Shown: piece after piece, positions 62,176 through 64,000 of the stretch
How the letters are laid out: every line of letters begins with the position of its first letter
How positions within the stretch are numbered: the stretch's first letter is position 1
Notes under the pieces: generated by a model
What the model was told of the DNA's origin: nothing
The model's input: only the letters and a program-made list of their open reading frames with translations
The model's database searches: none
Translations under genes and position numbers: made by a program
Origin: Atribacterota bacterium
Lineage (GTDB): Bacteria > Atribacterota > Phoenicimicrobiia > Phoenicimicrobiales > Phoenicimicrobiaceae
NCBI GenBank assembly: GCA_038203565.1
Contig: JBBRDV010000002.1
Location: 14,283 to 78,282, forward strand
DNA: 64,000 bases
Direction of reading: 5' to 3'

Positions 62176-63873
62176 ATGAAATCAGATCTACAGATTGCTC
62201 AAGAAGCACAACTAAAACCGATCACCGAAATCGCTCTATCTATCGGAATAGGAGAAGACGAATTAGATCTCTACGGTAAATACAAAGCCAAGGTCACTCC
62301 GGATATCCTAAAGAGACTACAAGACCGTCCTCAAGCAAAATACATCGTAGTAACTGCCATCACTCCTACCCCTTTAGGCGAAGGTAAGACGGTAACCTCT
62401 ATCGGATTAGGCCAGGGTCTGGCTAAGATAGGTAAAAAAGTAATAAATACCCTGCGCGAACCCTCCATGGGACCGGTCTTCGGAATAAAGGGTGGAGCAG
62501 CAGGAGGAGGATATTCGCAAGTCGTTCCCATGGAAGACTTAAATCTACACTTTACCGGAGATATCCATGCGGTAGGAGCAGCCAATAACCTGCTCTGTGC
62601 TATGTTGGATACTCACCTGCAGAAAGGCAATAAATTAGGAATAGATATTCACAATATCAATATTAATCGAGTGGTGGATATCTCTGACCGAGCCCTGCGT
62701 CAAATCATCATCGGCTTAGGAGGAAAGGACAACGGTATTCCCCGCGAGACTAGCTATGATATTACCGTTGCTTCTGAGGTGATGGCTATCCTTTCTTTGG
62801 CTACTGATATCTTCGATCTTAGAGCAAGATTGGGTCGAATGACGGCAGCCTATACTACCGATAGTAAACCGGTAACTGCCGAAGACCTAAAAGCCGCAGG
62901 AGCGATGACCGTCCTTTTAAAAGATGCCTTAAAACCTAATCTCATTCAAACTTTAGAACACGGACCCTGCCTGATGCATTGCGGACCTTTTGCCAATATT
63001 GCCCATGGCAACAACTCCGTTTTGGCTGATCTAATCGCCTGTAAATTAGCGGACTATGTAGTCACCGAATCCGGTTTTGGTGCTGATATGGGTTTTGAGA
63101 AGATGTGTAATATAAAATGTCGGACCAGTGGTCTTAAAGTAGATGCTGCAGTAGTAGTATGTTCTATCCGCGCCTTAAAGATGCACGGAGGGGCTATTAA
63201 GGTAGTGGCTGGTAAACCTTTAGACCAGGAAACTTTGGCCAAAGAAGATTTAGAATCAGTGGCTAAAGGGTGTGAGAACTTAGAAAAACAGGTAGAAAAT
63301 GTTCTCCTGCACGGAGTTCCTCCCGTCGTAGTCATTAATCGATTTACTACCGATACCCCAGCTGAGATCGAACTAGTTAAAGAAAAAGCCTTAGCTGCTG
63401 GAGCAACTACTGCGGTGACCCATGAAGTCTGGGCCAAAGGGGGAGCAGGTGGAATCGAATTAGCCCAAGCGGTGGTAGAGGCTGCTAAAAAATCTAATCA
63501 TTTTCACTTTCTTTATCCCTTAGATATACCTATTAAAGAAAAGATCGAGACTATAGCCACCAAGATCTATGGCGCTGAGGGAGTTGATTATGCTCCTCTG
63601 GCTGAAAAGAAAATTAAACTTTATACTGAGTTAGGTTTTGATAAACTGCCTATGTGTATGGCTAAGACTCATCTTTCTTTATCTCATGATCCTTCCGTAA
63701 AGGGTAGACCCCGTAATTTCCGCATACCTATTCGAGATGTGAGGGCTTCAGTAGGAGCAGGTTTTCTCTATCCTCTTTTGGGAACTATGATGACTATGCC
63801 TGGATTGCCTTCTGTACCTGCGGCTATGAAAGTAGATATCGATAAAGAAGGAAAGACAGTGGGATTATTCTAA
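62176..63873 (+). CDS. fhs: Formate--tetrahydrofolate ligase
   Basis: Full-length FTHFS with the ATP-binding motif PTPLGEGKTVTSIGL; strong RBS AAGGAGG. Its GC content (~45%) and codon use differ from neighbouring genes. Confidence 0.95.
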   Translation: MKSDLQIAQEAQLKPITEIALSIGIGEDELDLYGKYKAKVTPDILKRLQDRPQAKYIVVTAITPTPLGEGKTVTSIGLGQGLAKIGKKVINTLREPSMGPVFGIKGGAAGGGYSQVVPMEDLNLHFTGDIHAVGAANNLLCAMLDTHLQKGNKLGIDIHNININRVVDISDRALRQIIIGLGGKDNGIPRETSYDITVASEVMAILSLATDIFDLRARLGRMTAAYTTDSKPVTAEDLKAAGAMTVLLKDALKPNLIQTLEHGPCLMHCGPFANIAHGNNSVLADLIACKLADYVVTESGFGADMGFEKMCNIKCRTSGLKVDAAVVVCSIRALKMHGGAIKVVAGKPLDQETLAKEDLESVAKGCENLEKQVENVLLHGVPPVVVINRFTTDTPAEIELVKEKALAAGATTAVTHEVWAKGGAGGIELAQAVVEAAKKSNHFHFLYPLDIPIKEKIETIATKIYGAEGVDYAPLAEKKIKLYTELGFDKLPMCMAKTHLSLSHDPSVKGRPRNFRIPIRDVRASVGAGFLYPLLGTMMTMPGLPSVPAAMKVDIDKEGKTVGLF

Positions 63874-64000
63874 ATTAGTCGACTATCTAATAAGGAGGTG
63901 ATATTTGGAAAATAATTAGAAAACAGTATTAAAATGAAATTTAATAAAAATTATTAAATAATAAAATAACATGGAGGAAATATATTAAATGACTAATAAA

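Noticed and set aside
62331-63437. Antisense ORFs inside fhs (62331-62585 and 63054-63437)
   Set aside because: They are a by-product of the elevated GC content of fhs. The sense-strand FTHFS reading frame is unambiguous.

Overview
This is an AT-rich (roughly 30% GC) bacterial chromosomal segment with Firmicutes-like synteny. It holds about 48 protein genes, almost all housekeeping and almost all on the minus strand.

Recognisable gene blocks:
- rho-rpmE-tdk-thyX-(DUF1385)-prfA-prmC-ywlE-rpiB-upp-comEB-wecB.
- pyrG, followed by uvrB-uvrA-uvrC.
- ade, coaE, polA and dnaE.
- pfkA-fba, then hflKC.
- gatCAB and ligA.
- pcrA, then aspC-ilvE-murI.
- speE with two speH-like genes, then purB, purA and guaA.
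- fhs on the plus strand.

RNA and regulatory features:
- One tRNA-Leu(CAA) at 29783-29871 with a textbook TTGACA-17-TATAAT promoter.
- A tandem glycine riboswitch at about 61906-62130 with a terminator-type expression platform, in front of a compositionally atypical fhs gene.

No CRISPR array, transposase, integrase or obvious defence operon is visible.

The most unusual DNA-level signal is that nearly every intergenic region carries a mosaic of three short repeat modules:
- Tandem repeats with a 7-nt period and a CG-centred core (TCGTATA, TAGTCGT, AATCGGT, NGATACT, GCGTANA, CATCTAG).
- A 17-mer, TAGTCGTTAGTGAATAG.
- GC-rich REP/BIME-like hairpins ending in CCCCTAC, including nested palindromes whose central core appears in both orientations.

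The most unusual proteins are:
- A single 549-aa ORF fusing an RNase HI domain, a SWIM zinc finger and a D-2-hydroxyacid dehydrogenase (38042-39691).
- A 496-aa protein with two HARE-HTH (RpoE-N-like) domains and a possible PD-(D/E)xK motif (15325-16815).
- A tandem pair of SpeH (AdoMet decarboxylase) paralogs, one of which lacks the processing and catalytic motifs.
- A 244-aa ORFan at 40036-40770.

All calls rest on reading the sequence and on motif recognition; no database search was possible.
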